From contig PCCS01000050.1 in the NCBI GenBank assembly GCA_002731825.1, positions 46,833 through 110,832 of the forward strand: a stretch of DNA of 64,000 bases. Direction: 5' to 3'. Positions 9,148 through 18,090 of the stretch are shown here, one piece after another; position 1 is the first letter of the stretch; each line of letters begins with the position of its first letter. The translations under genes and the position numbers were made by a program. The DNA is from Myxococcales bacterium (GTDB lineage: Bacteria; Myxococcota_A; Bradymonadia; UBA7976; UBA1532). The notes below the pieces were generated by a model. It saw nothing but the letters and a program-made list of their open reading frames with translations, searched no databases and had not been told where the DNA came from.

Positions 9148-10569
9148 TTATGCAGGCTTTCCTGTCGCTGTCAGCGCACCGTCCCAATTGGCGTTTGTCT
9201 CAGCCGACTGAGATGTGCGCTTTCGGCAGCGAACCGCATTGATTAAGCGCAGTGCACCAAATTCCAGGTTCCCCTTCATCTTGGTCGCCCAGCCGTTGAG
9301 AATATTGCCGAAAAGCAATGTCGGAATCGCGACACACAACCCAAGTTCAGTGGTCACAAGTGCTTCGGAAATACCGCCGCTTAAAAGCTTTGGGTTACCT
9401 GTGCCGAATTCAGTGATGACATCGAAGGTCGAGATCATGCCGGTCACCGTTCCGAGGAGACCCAGCAGTGGGGCGACGGCGGCGATCACGAGAATGATTG
9501 AGCCAAAGCGGTCAAGGTAGCCTTCTTCGACGACCATTCGCTCACTAAACACGCGCTCCAAGTCGTCCCTGTCTTCTTTTAGAACAGGCGTCAATGCGGC
9601 TAAAATTCGCGCGCCCGCGCCTCGTTTGGTCTCGCAAAACTTGGAGGCTTCCATCAGGTCACCTCGGTAGACAACATCCTCAATTCGATCCCAGAGACGC
9701 TCTGTGTTTGTCCCCGCGAAGACGAGTAGAAGCGCACGAATGACGAGCAGCAACATGGCCAAAATACCCAGGCCGACGATCACCCAGGCTATCACACCAC
9801 CGCTGTTGATGATTTCGAGTACTGTCTTTTCCTTTGGGGGCTCAAAGTTCTTTGTCGTGTTCTCAAATAAGAACAACTTGATTTGGGCTTCTTGTCGACC
9901 TTCGATGAGCGCCCTGGCTGTATCAGCGCCTTGGGGCGGGTCGAGTTTGAAATGGCCATTACCTGCTGGCGTCAGCGCACCCGCCTGGCCACCGGCAACG
10001 CCGTAGACGGCCACTTTACCGACTTTCAACAGTGTGCCGTTGACTTGCTTGCCATCGGATAGGAAAAACTCGCCGGGCTCGCGTCTGACCTGGCCGCCTT
10101 GTTCGAGAGACTTAAACGATAAGTCAAAACCGGTGAGGATCTGACCGGCCTCTCGCTTGAGTCTATCTTCGGCATTCTCCCCGTCGACCGCCCCCATCTT
10201 GGGCTTCCAGACAACGCCTTCAGACTCAAGTCCGCGACTGATTTGGTCTCCTAAACCAGTCAGGGCTTCTTCACTTTCACCCAGTGCATCCACTTGTCTT
10301 TCTAAATCCACCATGGCATCGGCCATGGCGTCGGACTCGGTGGTTTGCTGAACGATTTGGCGCTGAAGTCCGGCTAAAACAACCTTGCTTCGGCCGGCTT
10401 CTTGTCTCAGAGCACGTTTTGCTTTTTGAAGCCTTTTCTCCAAGACGGCCTGTTCGGATTCAAGAAATGCAAACTCTTTTTTAAATGCGTCACGAAGTGT
10501 CCCACTCTCTGGCTTTGCCATGAGGAGAGTCGGCGTCAATAGACACGCCAATAAGATTGATAAACGCAT
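9148..10569 (-). CDS. Large MotA/TolQ/ExbB-family protein with long periplasmic coiled-coil N-domain (TtpC-like)
   Basis: 473 aa. Signal/TM, about 250-aa coiled-coil region, then an ExbB-type channel (APLLGLLGTVTGMISTFDVI...GGISEALVTTELGLCVAIPTLLFGNIL). Directly abuts the DUF3450 gene (TAAATG). Confidence 0.85.
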   Translation of the reverse strand: MRLSILLACLLTPTLLMAKPESGTLRDAFKKEFAFLESEQAVLEKRLQKAKRALRQEAGRSKVVLAGLQRQIVQQTTESDAMADAMVDLERQVDALGESEEALTGLGDQISRGLESEGVVWKPKMGAVDGENAEDRLKREAGQILTGFDLSFKSLEQGGQVRREPGEFFLSDGKQVNGTLLKVGKVAVYGVAGGQAGALTPAGNGHFKLDPPQGADTARALIEGRQEAQIKLFLFENTTKNFEPPKEKTVLEIINSGGVIAWVIVGLGILAMLLLVIRALLLVFAGTNTERLWDRIEDVVYRGDLMEASKFCETKRGAGARILAALTPVLKEDRDDLERVFSERMVVEEGYLDRFGSIILVIAAVAPLLGLLGTVTGMISTFDVITEFGTGNPKLLSGGISEALVTTELGLCVAIPTLLFGNILNGWATKMKGNLEFGALRLINAVRCRKRTSQSAETNANWDGALTATGKPA

Positions 10570-11361
10570 TTAACGTCCCTCCGGCATGGGCAGCATATTG
10601 GGTAGGTCGAATAGACCCACTCGAATTTGTTTTTTAAAGGCGTCGAAGAGGTGGTTGATTTGAAGACGACCGCGCTCTTCATCGACAAAGGTTGTCGTCC
10701 AGCCTGAATCGGACCGTGTTACCAAACCCACTCGGCCTGTACCTGTTCGAAAGTAAAGACCGATGGTTCCGATTCGCACCACATCGACCATGAGCTTTTG
10801 GCCATATACGGTGACGGTGTCTCTGTACAACCCCGTCTCTTTCGCCATTTGACGTTCATCTTCTATCAATGACCAAAGCCGAGTGAGTGCCGATCTTGGG
10901 CTGAGAAGTCCACCACTGAGTTTCTGGGTAATCAAGTCGACTTCGGCCAATCGTTCGCCTTGTCTAAATGGAAGGCTTGTCTCGACATATCTTTTGAGTG
11001 CAGCAGCATTTTTCTCAAATATGGGCAAAAGGGCCGCATCGCGTTCTTTAGACGCTTCGATGAGTACTTTCTTTCTCTGCATGGCCTCTGTGAGCTGTGC
11101 GTGACGCACGGATTCACGTTGTAATTCGGCGTCTAATTGCGCTTTTTGGTTCTCAAATGCGCGCTGTTTGGCACGTCGTTCACGCTTCTTGTTTTCTAAC
11201 TCTTCTGTGAGTTCTTCGACCTTTGAGCGCTTCTCGACCAAGGACTTGATGAGGGCATCCGCATCGTGAACAGTGGCCTTAGAATAGGCGGCCATTGGGC
11301 TCATACACAGCAGGGCTGCGCTTATGAAAATTTGTGTATGACTCGTCATCATAGTCTCCAT
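10570..11361 (-). CDS. DUF3450-type periplasmic coiled-coil protein (TtpB-like)
   Basis: 263 aa. Signal peptide, heptad-rich region (EELTEELENKKRERRAKQRAFENQKAQLDAELQ) and a C-terminal beta region (VDVVRIGTIGLYFRTGTGRVGLV). It is the first gene of the TonB2-type gene order. Confidence 0.7.
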   Translation of the reverse strand: METMMTSHTQIFISAALLCMSPMAAYSKATVHDADALIKSLVEKRSKVEELTEELENKKRERRAKQRAFENQKAQLDAELQRESVRHAQLTEAMQRKKVLIEASKERDAALLPIFEKNAAALKRYVETSLPFRQGERLAEVDLITQKLSGGLLSPRSALTRLWSLIEDERQMAKETGLYRDTVTVYGQKLMVDVVRIGTIGLYFRTGTGRVGLVTRSDSGWTTTFVDEERGRLQINHLFDAFKKQIRVGLFDLPNMLPMPEGR

Positions 11362-11375
11362 CGATTCGCTCTAAA

Positions 11376-11423
11376 CTTTCTTGTTTTCAGATCGTTTCTT
11401 TGACCGATCTGAAAACAAGAAAG
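11376..11423 (-). repeat. Perfect 19-bp inverted repeat (CTTTCTTGTTTTCAGATCG / CGATCTGAAAACAAGAAAG), 10-nt loop
   Basis: Read directly: arms at 11376-11394 and 11405-11423. Lies 15 nt upstream of the DUF3450 gene start. Confidence 0.9.
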
Positions 11424-11451
11424 CCCTCGCGAAAGATAAACATCGCGAGGG
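11411..11451 (-). terminator. Candidate rho-independent terminator of the lipoprotein gene
   Basis: On the minus strand: CCCTCGCG-12 nt loop-CGCGAGGG (11451-11424) followed by CTTTCTTGTTTTC. The U-rich tract is also the 5' arm of the 19-bp hairpin. Confidence 0.5.
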
Positions 11452-11495
11452 TCATTCTTTAACCGACTTTGTCGCCGGCTTGTGGGGTCTAAGAC

Positions 11496-12863
11496 TTACT
11501 CGAGACCGATGGTCCAGCCAGCAGTCCAATCCTCGTCACCGACGGCACCGATGAATGCTGTGTTGTCGAACCAAGCAGCGAGCTCGATGGCGTCTGCAGG
11601 ACTCAGCAGCATTGAGTCGCTTGCAGGCATATAGTTCTCGAGGACGGTCTCGTCGGTTGTCACGTTGCTACCAGCGCGGCTGAAGATGCTCTCAGCTGTG
11701 CATGCGGCTGTGAATTCTGCAGGATCAGGCTCTTCAATCTGAGTCTCACAATTGAGGACTAAGTTGCTCAATGTGATGAGACTTGCGTCTGCATCACAGC
11801 TGTTGGCAAATGTGGCCTCATTGTCGAGAACGAGGCATGCATCGCCGAATCCGCTGACGACCGAGTTAGCGATTGTGACGCCTGTGCCTTCGCGGATGAG
11901 CATACCGATGTCGGTGTTCTCGTTTCCGATAAAAGTCAGGTTAGCCAGTGTTGGGTTCGAACGAGGCAAGAAATCATTGTTCGCCTTGTTGTTGTCAGCT
12001 TCAATGCCATTGTCGCCGTCATCCTCGTACTGTTTAACGATGGCGTATTGGATATTGCCGACCCAACCGTCCGTCCAATCGATGCTGTCATCACCAGCAC
12101 CTGTTATAACGACATGCTTGGCTGAGACAGTGCCACCGAAGAATTCGATGCCGTCATCCTTGTTCATGTGGACTTGGATGTAATCAACGACAGTCCCGCT
12201 ACCAACACCTTGGAATGCGATGCCATTGAGTTCGTTGTCTTCGCTGAACAACGTACCGGCATACTCGACGCGGACGTACTTGAGGGTGCCGCTGTTGTCT
12301 TCTGGATTATCGCCGCCGTACGTGCCGGCGCTGCCTTCACCCTCTGCAGAGCAAGGGGCCGCGTCACAGCCGTTGATGGGTGCATACCCATTGATGATAA
12401 TGCCGCCCCAATCTCCGCGGTCTTTCTGGCCTTCCAATTGGTCAGATGTAAATACGATGGGTGCGTCTGCTGTCCCAACAGCTTCGATTTTTGAGCCGCG
12501 GTCGATGATTAATGTACCAGGGGACCCAGGGTCTTTGATGCCGTAGATGGTTGTGCCAGGCTCGATTGTAAGAACAGTCTCGGCTGTGCCATCACCAATG
12601 AAAACAGGGCCGCTGAGAATGTATTGATTGTTTGCTGTCAATGTCAGGTCTGTTGTAATGCGTCCTTCTAGAGCGCAGAACTCGGCGACCTCGGCAGTCC
12701 CCGCTGGGCATCCAGCGGTGGGCTCGGTTGGCTCAGTTGGCTCAGTTGGAGCCATGTTTCCTGAATTGGCGTCGTTTGTACTCTCCTCTGCACCACCGCA
12801 AGCAACCATGCTGGCCACAGCGATTAAACAAAGAAGCAGTCTCGCGTTTAATTGATTTTTCAT
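11496..12863 (-). CDS. Lipoprotein with parallel-beta-helix-like D-G-I-E repeats
   Basis: Preferred start is ATG 12863, preceded by AAGGAG at a 9-nt spacing (track start 12917). Lipobox LIAVASMVAC, then a (TEP)x3 linker. Repeated ..DDGIEFFGG.., ..GDDSIDWTDGW.., ..GDNGIEADNN.. motifs are typical of right-handed beta-helix repeats. No recognisable catalytic motif. Confidence 0.7.
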   Translation of the reverse strand: MKNQLNARLLLCLIAVASMVACGGAEESTNDANSGNMAPTEPTEPTEPTAGCPAGTAEVAEFCALEGRITTDLTLTANNQYILSGPVFIGDGTAETVLTIEPGTTIYGIKDPGSPGTLIIDRGSKIEAVGTADAPIVFTSDQLEGQKDRGDWGGIIINGYAPINGCDAAPCSAEGEGSAGTYGGDNPEDNSGTLKYVRVEYAGTLFSEDNELNGIAFQGVGSGTVVDYIQVHMNKDDGIEFFGGTVSAKHVVITGAGDDSIDWTDGWVGNIQYAIVKQYEDDGDNGIEADNNKANNDFLPRSNPTLANLTFIGNENTDIGMLIREGTGVTIANSVVSGFGDACLVLDNEATFANSCDADASLITLSNLVLNCETQIEEPDPAEFTAACTAESIFSRAGSNVTTDETVLENYMPASDSMLLSPADAIELAAWFDNTAFIGAVGDEDWTAGWTIGLE

Positions 12864-13136
12864 GATTCGAAACTCCTTTTCGTCAGAATTGATTTTGTTC
12901 CGAGCGTATCCACTCAAGCTCAGACCGGTCGGGACCCGAGCGACAGGGAGCGTTTCCGATCTGATTGTGACAAATTGATGGCACTTTGGTGCCCTGATGG
13001 AAAAAACAGCAATGTGTCACTCAACTGACACAGAATGGATGCATTGGTGTTTCTAGACGGTGATTTTCAGGGCTGCACTGCTCTGGGTCATAGGTGGTTT
13101 TGACCGAGTGTTTTTATCTGACTTGGACCCTGATGC

Positions 13137-13982
13137 CTAATGACCGAAGGGATCACCTTGGGTCAGTCTTGGCTGTGCGCAGCGACAAATCTGATCGAGT
13201 TCGCGGGTGTGGCAGGTCTGTCGTTCCTGATGTTCGCATGTATCTCGCGCATCATCCCATGCGCCTAGACACCAGGAGCCGTTGGCCGCACAAATTTCGT
13301 CGCAGGTCCGGAAGTTAGGTGTTTCAACTCTGAATTCACAAAATGGGACCGTATTATCGCCATGCTCGTCACTCTCACCACAAAATGGGGTTGCCGGAAA
13401 CATGCCACAATTGAGGCTTGGCTCTAGACTGGGTGTATTGAAGACGGGTTCGTTCGAAATGCATTGACCGGATATACATTGTCCGGTGTCACAGGGTGTG
13501 CCATCGGATGCGTATTCAATACTTGGCGTCAGGCCGTCTGCGCAGCCCACAATGGTGCTGCACGGTCCCACGGTCTTCAGCACGACGTCTCTTGACGTGA
13601 TTGGGCAAAAGTCCACGCTTGCATGGTCGGCGCATCGGCCATTTGTGTGACACGCGGTCAGTTGAGTCTCGTAATTTAAGTTCAAACAGCTTTGTTCCTG
13701 TCCATCCTCTATCAGGATGAACTGGTCGAGTGCCGAACAATTCACCTGTGGACAACTCCGATCCAATAGGGGGATGCGAAACAGGCCCTTTTCATCGCAG
13801 ACCGAACACGTCCCGAGCTTTTCCCCGGGGGTACATAGGGCATCGAAAGGCTGGTCTTGGACTGGATATAACTCCCCATGAGTCGCTATTTTAGGGTGCT
13901 GGTTTTCGGTGGGTGTGCTCAGGTTGTCGCTGCACCCCGACACCGCGAAGACGATGACGAGATGTGAAATAGACAACTTCAT
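13137..13982 (-). CDS. Cysteine-rich lipoprotein (25 Cys), unknown function
   Basis: Lipobox VFAVSGC. Contains DGTPCDTGQCISGQCIS, resembling the Cys-rich/disintegrin-like C-x-x-G-x-C motif. No other family recognised. Confidence 0.65.
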   Translation of the reverse strand: MKLSISHLVIVFAVSGCSDNLSTPTENQHPKIATHGELYPVQDQPFDALCTPGEKLGTCSVCDEKGLFRIPLLDRSCPQVNCSALDQFILIEDGQEQSCLNLNYETQLTACHTNGRCADHASVDFCPITSRDVVLKTVGPCSTIVGCADGLTPSIEYASDGTPCDTGQCISGQCISNEPVFNTPSLEPSLNCGMFPATPFCGESDEHGDNTVPFCEFRVETPNFRTCDEICAANGSWCLGAWDDARDTCEHQERQTCHTRELDQICRCAQPRLTQGDPFGH

Positions 13983-14205
13983 ACTCTAAAGAGTACCTCA
14001 GCGACTTCAATCTGTCATACTTTTGTTTCAATTCTGTCACAATTGAAAAGATCGCCAACTGGTTCGTTGGCGATCCACTGTCATGGTCGGGTGCCATTGG
14101 AGCTGTGTCTCATACGCCACAGGAATCCCCATTTAGCCATGACGGCGTGACTCATCCGCCGCTGCTCTTGCCCTGTAATTTTGATTTCTTTAGAGCCTTC
14201 GGGCC

Positions 14206-15468
14206 TTGACCCGCTGGTCCGACCAGTGCAGGTTGCATAGGGTGAATGCAGACAGAAACCATTCGAACGAAAGTACCCACTGGACCCATGCGGTGATCGT
14301 CAGTGGGTCTTTTAAATCAGGGTATTCCTACCAGGAGAATATCTGGGCTGAGTCTCTGTCACGGATGGGCTGGACAGTGACAGTTCTTTGCCCAAAAGGG
14401 CGGTCTCAATCTAGTGATCAGTCGGCAATTGAATTCATTGAGGTGGCGAGTTACGGACTCGAACGTCGGCAACTGCTTTTAGAGACGGATGTCGCGCGGC
14501 ATATTGTCTCTCTTAGACCAGATTGTATTCTCTGGTTTGGTCCACCCCAGTTATTCGGTTTATCGATGGCACGAGAGTTGGCTGTCAAGGCCATCCCCAT
14601 AGCCATCTTCATGGGCCAAAACAGTCGTATGCAGACATTTGACTGGCGAACAAAAGGACTTGGGCTTAAAGGTTGGCTCAAAGCGAGTGCCTACCGGTAT
14701 ATTCGTGGCCCGGCCATTCGAAAGGCCATCGACATTGCAGACTTAGTTGTCGCCAATACAGCCGAGACACCTCGCCTCATTGGTCTCTATGACGCGCCCA
14801 CAAATTTCAGTCATAAATTAATGATGAAACCCCTCGGATTTGACCCTGATACATTCAAATATAATCCGCGCATCCGAACCAGGTCCCGGACAGACATGGG
14901 CCTTGCCGAAGACAGCCTGACCTTCTTACTCTCATCTCGATTTGCGGCAGAAAAAGAACTGTCGATTCAGCTGATATGGCAGGCCTTTGAACGATTGGCT
15001 CAGACAAATGAGCACGTGCAGCTGATCGTGACGGGTCTCGACGACCAAGCCATCTCCAAGCGGTTTATCGCCCAGGTGGAGACAAGCTCAGTGTGCAATC
15101 AGGTCCATCTGCATTCATTCTTAGAGCGCTCTGCGCTGGCGGGTGTCTTTCACGCGGCCGATGTTGCTGTATTTGCAAGGCCTAGCATCTCCTGCCAAGA
15201 GACGCTCGGCGCCGGTGCTTTTGGTCTGTTTTCCGATGATGGGTCCATGGATTGGTTGCTCACCGATGATGAATGCGGTCAGACTTTCCCGCAGGCAGAC
15301 GCAGACGCACTTCTGGGCCAGATGCTGGACCTTCAGGCCAACGCGGCCCGACTCTTGGACGAACGCCAGCGTATCAAACGTGCGGCCAAGGCATCTTTCT
15401 TAAGTTACGACCGAATCATTAATGATGTTTTGACACGCCTGCACCAGCAGTCATCGACTGATCATTAA
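14206..15468 (+). CDS. Glycosyltransferase, GT4/GT1-like
   Basis: 420-aa ORF (TTG at 14206; an in-frame GTG at 14293 giving VIVSGSF... is a plausible true start). C-terminal half has the GT-B pattern ...LLSSRFAAEKE..QLIVTG..FHAADVAVFARPS..ETLG.... Confidence 0.6.
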   Translation: MTRWSDQCRLHRVNADRNHSNESTHWTHAVIVSGSFKSGYSYQENIWAESLSRMGWTVTVLCPKGRSQSSDQSAIEFIEVASYGLERRQLLLETDVARHIVSLRPDCILWFGPPQLFGLSMARELAVKAIPIAIFMGQNSRMQTFDWRTKGLGLKGWLKASAYRYIRGPAIRKAIDIADLVVANTAETPRLIGLYDAPTNFSHKLMMKPLGFDPDTFKYNPRIRTRSRTDMGLAEDSLTFLLSSRFAAEKELSIQLIWQAFERLAQTNEHVQLIVTGLDDQAISKRFIAQVETSSVCNQVHLHSFLERSALAGVFHAADVAVFARPSISCQETLGAGAFGLFSDDGSMDWLLTDDECGQTFPQADADALLGQMLDLQANAARLLDERQRIKRAAKASFLSYDRIINDVLTRLHQQSSTDH

Positions 15469-16967
15469 CCGTCTTGCTCGTCGCTGTGTTGTAGAGCGTC
15501 GTATTGTTTTTTCCAACGCGTTTGCTCTTTGCCGGACATGGGTTTGATGACGTTGATGGCATTGCGCAGCCTTGCTCTTGTCAAATCACGACCCAAAATG
15601 GCGAGCGTGTTGAACAGTGGCGTCGAATTCTTCTTGCCAGAAATGGCGATGAACAGCGGGCTTAGAAAGACACGCAGCTTCAAGTCCATTAATTCAGCTG
15701 TTTTTCTGAGTGCGCCGTTAATTGCCTCGCCCGTCCAATCTGTCAGGCCATCGAGTGCCCACAAGCTGTAGCATAGGACTCGGCGCACATCGTCTTGTTC
15801 GAGACCCTTGCTCTCCAATGAGTCTGCTGTGATATCCACGAGGCCTTCTAAGAAAAGGGCTGCATGGCCAGGGAGGTCTGACCATTTATTGATCCGTGGG
15901 CGCACTAAAGGAATGACGGCCTTGAGGTAATCCCGATTGACAGCCCATTTGACCACTCGGTCCATAAATTCATCGTCTGATAATTCATCGCGAATCCATG
16001 TGCCGTTGAGCCAATCCAGTTTTGTGACATCGAAGATAGGCCCGCCCAAAGAAATCCGCTCCAAACTGAAATGTTCGATCATCGTCGACAGATCGAACTG
16101 CTCACTTTCATCTGGCATGGACCACGCCATACGACCCAAATAATTGAGTAAGGCCTCGGGCAAATAGCCCATCCGTTGGTAGTATAGAATGCTGGTTGGG
16201 TTCTTTCGCTTGCTCAGTTTTGAGCGGTCCGGATTACGGAGTAATGGCAGGTGGCAGAGTGTCGGTGCCTCCCAGCCGAAGTATTGATAGAGCAACAAGT
16301 GCTTTGGTGCTGACGATATCCACTCTTCGCCCCGTAAGACGTGAGTAATGCCCATATGATGGTCATCCACGACGTTTGCCAAATGATAGGTTGGCATACC
16401 ATCAGACTTGAGCAGCACTTGCATGTCGACTTGGTCCCAGGCGATTTCAATGTCGCCGCGAAGTAAGTCATGGACGGTGCAGATGCCGTCGGTCGGGACT
16501 CTCATTCTCACGACAAAAGGTTTACCCGACGCAGCCAGGGCATCGGATTCATCCCGAGTGATTTCGGAATAGGGATTCGGCATGGCCGTCTTCGCGCCCG
16601 ATGCTTGGTGTTGTGCACGGACCTCAGCCAGCTCGGCTGGTGTGAGAAAACATCTGAAAGCGTGATCTGCGTCGAGAAGCTGCTGTGCGTACTTTTGATA
16701 CAGCTCACTGCGCTCACTTTGGCGGTACGGACCACAGGGACCGCCAACATCAGGGCCCTCGTCCCAGTTTAAGCCGACCCAGCGGAGGGCATCCATAATC
16801 ATTTTTTCTGATGCCTGAGTGCTCCGGACTTGGTCTGTGTCCTCGATGCGCAGAATAAATTCGCCGCCGTTGGCTTTTGCAAAACAATAGTTAAACAAGG
16901 CCACATAGGCCGTGCCCACATGGGGATCACCCGTCGGCGAAGGCGCAACTCGTGTTCTCACCGTCAT
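15465..16967 (-). CDS. gltX: Glutamate--tRNA ligase
   Basis: HIGH-type motif APSPTGDPHVGTAY and KMSKS-type KLSKRK. Start moved to MTVRTRVAPSPTG (ATG 16967, GGAGA 8 nt upstream); track start is 16982. 4-nt convergent overlap with the glycosyltransferase gene. Confidence 0.9.
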   Translation of the reverse strand: MTVRTRVAPSPTGDPHVGTAYVALFNYCFAKANGGEFILRIEDTDQVRSTQASEKMIMDALRWVGLNWDEGPDVGGPCGPYRQSERSELYQKYAQQLLDADHAFRCFLTPAELAEVRAQHQASGAKTAMPNPYSEITRDESDALAASGKPFVVRMRVPTDGICTVHDLLRGDIEIAWDQVDMQVLLKSDGMPTYHLANVVDDHHMGITHVLRGEEWISSAPKHLLLYQYFGWEAPTLCHLPLLRNPDRSKLSKRKNPTSILYYQRMGYLPEALLNYLGRMAWSMPDESEQFDLSTMIEHFSLERISLGGPIFDVTKLDWLNGTWIRDELSDDEFMDRVVKWAVNRDYLKAVIPLVRPRINKWSDLPGHAALFLEGLVDITADSLESKGLEQDDVRRVLCYSLWALDGLTDWTGEAINGALRKTAELMDLKLRVFLSPLFIAISGKKNSTPLFNTLAILGRDLTRARLRNAINVIKPMSGKEQTRWKKQYDALQHSDEQDG

Positions 16968-17141
16968 TTTAACACTCTCCATTGTCTAGAATCGCCGGCG
17001 ATATTGCCTATCTCGGCGTCCGGGTGCAACTACAGAGTCGGGTCAGGCGTTAAACTATTTGAAATTTTTGCCGATGAGCTATGTATAAAGCCGTCGACCA
17101 GCAATTTAGCGGTTGGGTAAGTAATATGGCAGTATGAGAGC

Positions 17142-17690
17142 ATGAACCGTTTAATCCACATTACATTGATTCTGCAGACGGTTGGCATATGCGGTTTTCT
17201 CATCTGGATGGTCATGCGTCCAACAGGGGCTGACCCCTCCCAGCCATTTGTTGAACTGCAGGCTTTCACAGACCGCTTTGGGCCAGACAAAGCCGTCAAC
17301 GCCCTTGGCCCCACCATTTTTCAGAAAGCAGCGGCACTCTGCCGTAGAGAAGCGTGTATTCAGGCGCGTTATGGTGGGAATCGCGGTCGTTGGTTGACCG
17401 TTACTGCCGCCAAACAGCGAGATCCTTGTACAAGTTTTTCCCACGCACCGTGTGGTCGGACAGCCATTACGCGGGAACTGAAGAAAGTCATCGGGCGGAT
17501 TAATCGTTGCGTTGTTGTCGGCAGCTTGAAGCGCAGTTCCGATGTACGGCTCCGTGTGGAATGTGATGGCGTTCAAGACTTTGTCACGGTCGAGAGACGT
17601 GGACCGAACGGATGGGCGATTATCGGCGATGAGCGCTATCCAGGCTTTCTGCCACGCATTCATTCATCGACTTTTAATCGGCCAAATTAG
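17142..17690 (+). CDS. Hypothetical membrane-anchored protein
   Basis: 182 aa with a convincing N-terminal TM helix (ITLILQTVGICGFLIWMVM). A codon-aligned 170-aa antisense ORF (17151..17663) is the alternative. Strand choice is uncertain. Confidence 0.4.
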   Translation: MNRLIHITLILQTVGICGFLIWMVMRPTGADPSQPFVELQAFTDRFGPDKAVNALGPTIFQKAAALCRREACIQARYGGNRGRWLTVTAAKQRDPCTSFSHAPCGRTAITRELKKVIGRINRCVVVGSLKRSSDVRLRVECDGVQDFVTVERRGPNGWAIIGDERYPGFLPRIHSSTFNRPN

Positions 17691-18042
17691 CCTCTGCACC
17701 GGACCGGCATTACCCCCTCTTTTTAGCATTTTTTAAAAAGTCGTTTGGCAAGCACTTTGGCCGCCCCAAAGCCTCTTAAAGCTCACAAAAACCACAATCT
17801 TTACGTGCACTGATGGTCAGATATTTGTCTAGAAAACACCATCATCACGAGACCTACATCAATCATGTCTGCAATTTGAAGACCAATTTATATGGGTGTA
17901 TCTAACTGGCTGTTTTTAATACCAATAGCTCATTTGATTCAGTCATTTTTATGAAAATTTAGATAAGAAACAGTCACATTGAAAAATATAACTACATGTA
18001 AAAAAACATATTCTAATGAACGTTTCTTCTTTACATGCACCT

Positions 18043-18090
18043 ACACAATATCTACTGTATTCACATGAGGTTGGATACCACATATTGGGG
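18043..18090 (+). promoter_or_regulatory. Candidate tandem NrdR boxes upstream of nrdJ
   Basis: ACACAATATCTACTGT (18043-18058) matches the NrdR palindrome acaCwAtATaTwGtgt at 14/16. ATACCACATATTGGGG (18075-18090; reverse complement CCCCAATATGTGGTAT) matches at about 11/16. The 16-bp gap gives the canonical centre-to-centre distance of about 32 bp. Confidence 0.45.

Noticed and set aside
12718-12750. 9-bp tandem repeat x3 (ACTGAGCCA-type) inside the lipoprotein gene.
   Set aside because: It simply encodes the (TEP)3 linker after the lipobox. It is in-frame low-complexity coding sequence, not a VNTR-like regulatory element or CRISPR.
12981-12994. Palindrome GGCACTTTGGTGCC upstream of the lipoprotein gene, resembling a sigma54 -24/-12 element (TGGCAC-N5-TTGC).
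   Set aside because: The GG-to-GC spacing is 9 nt instead of 10 on either strand, and the -12 TTGC is not matched. More likely a small operator-like palindrome or chance.
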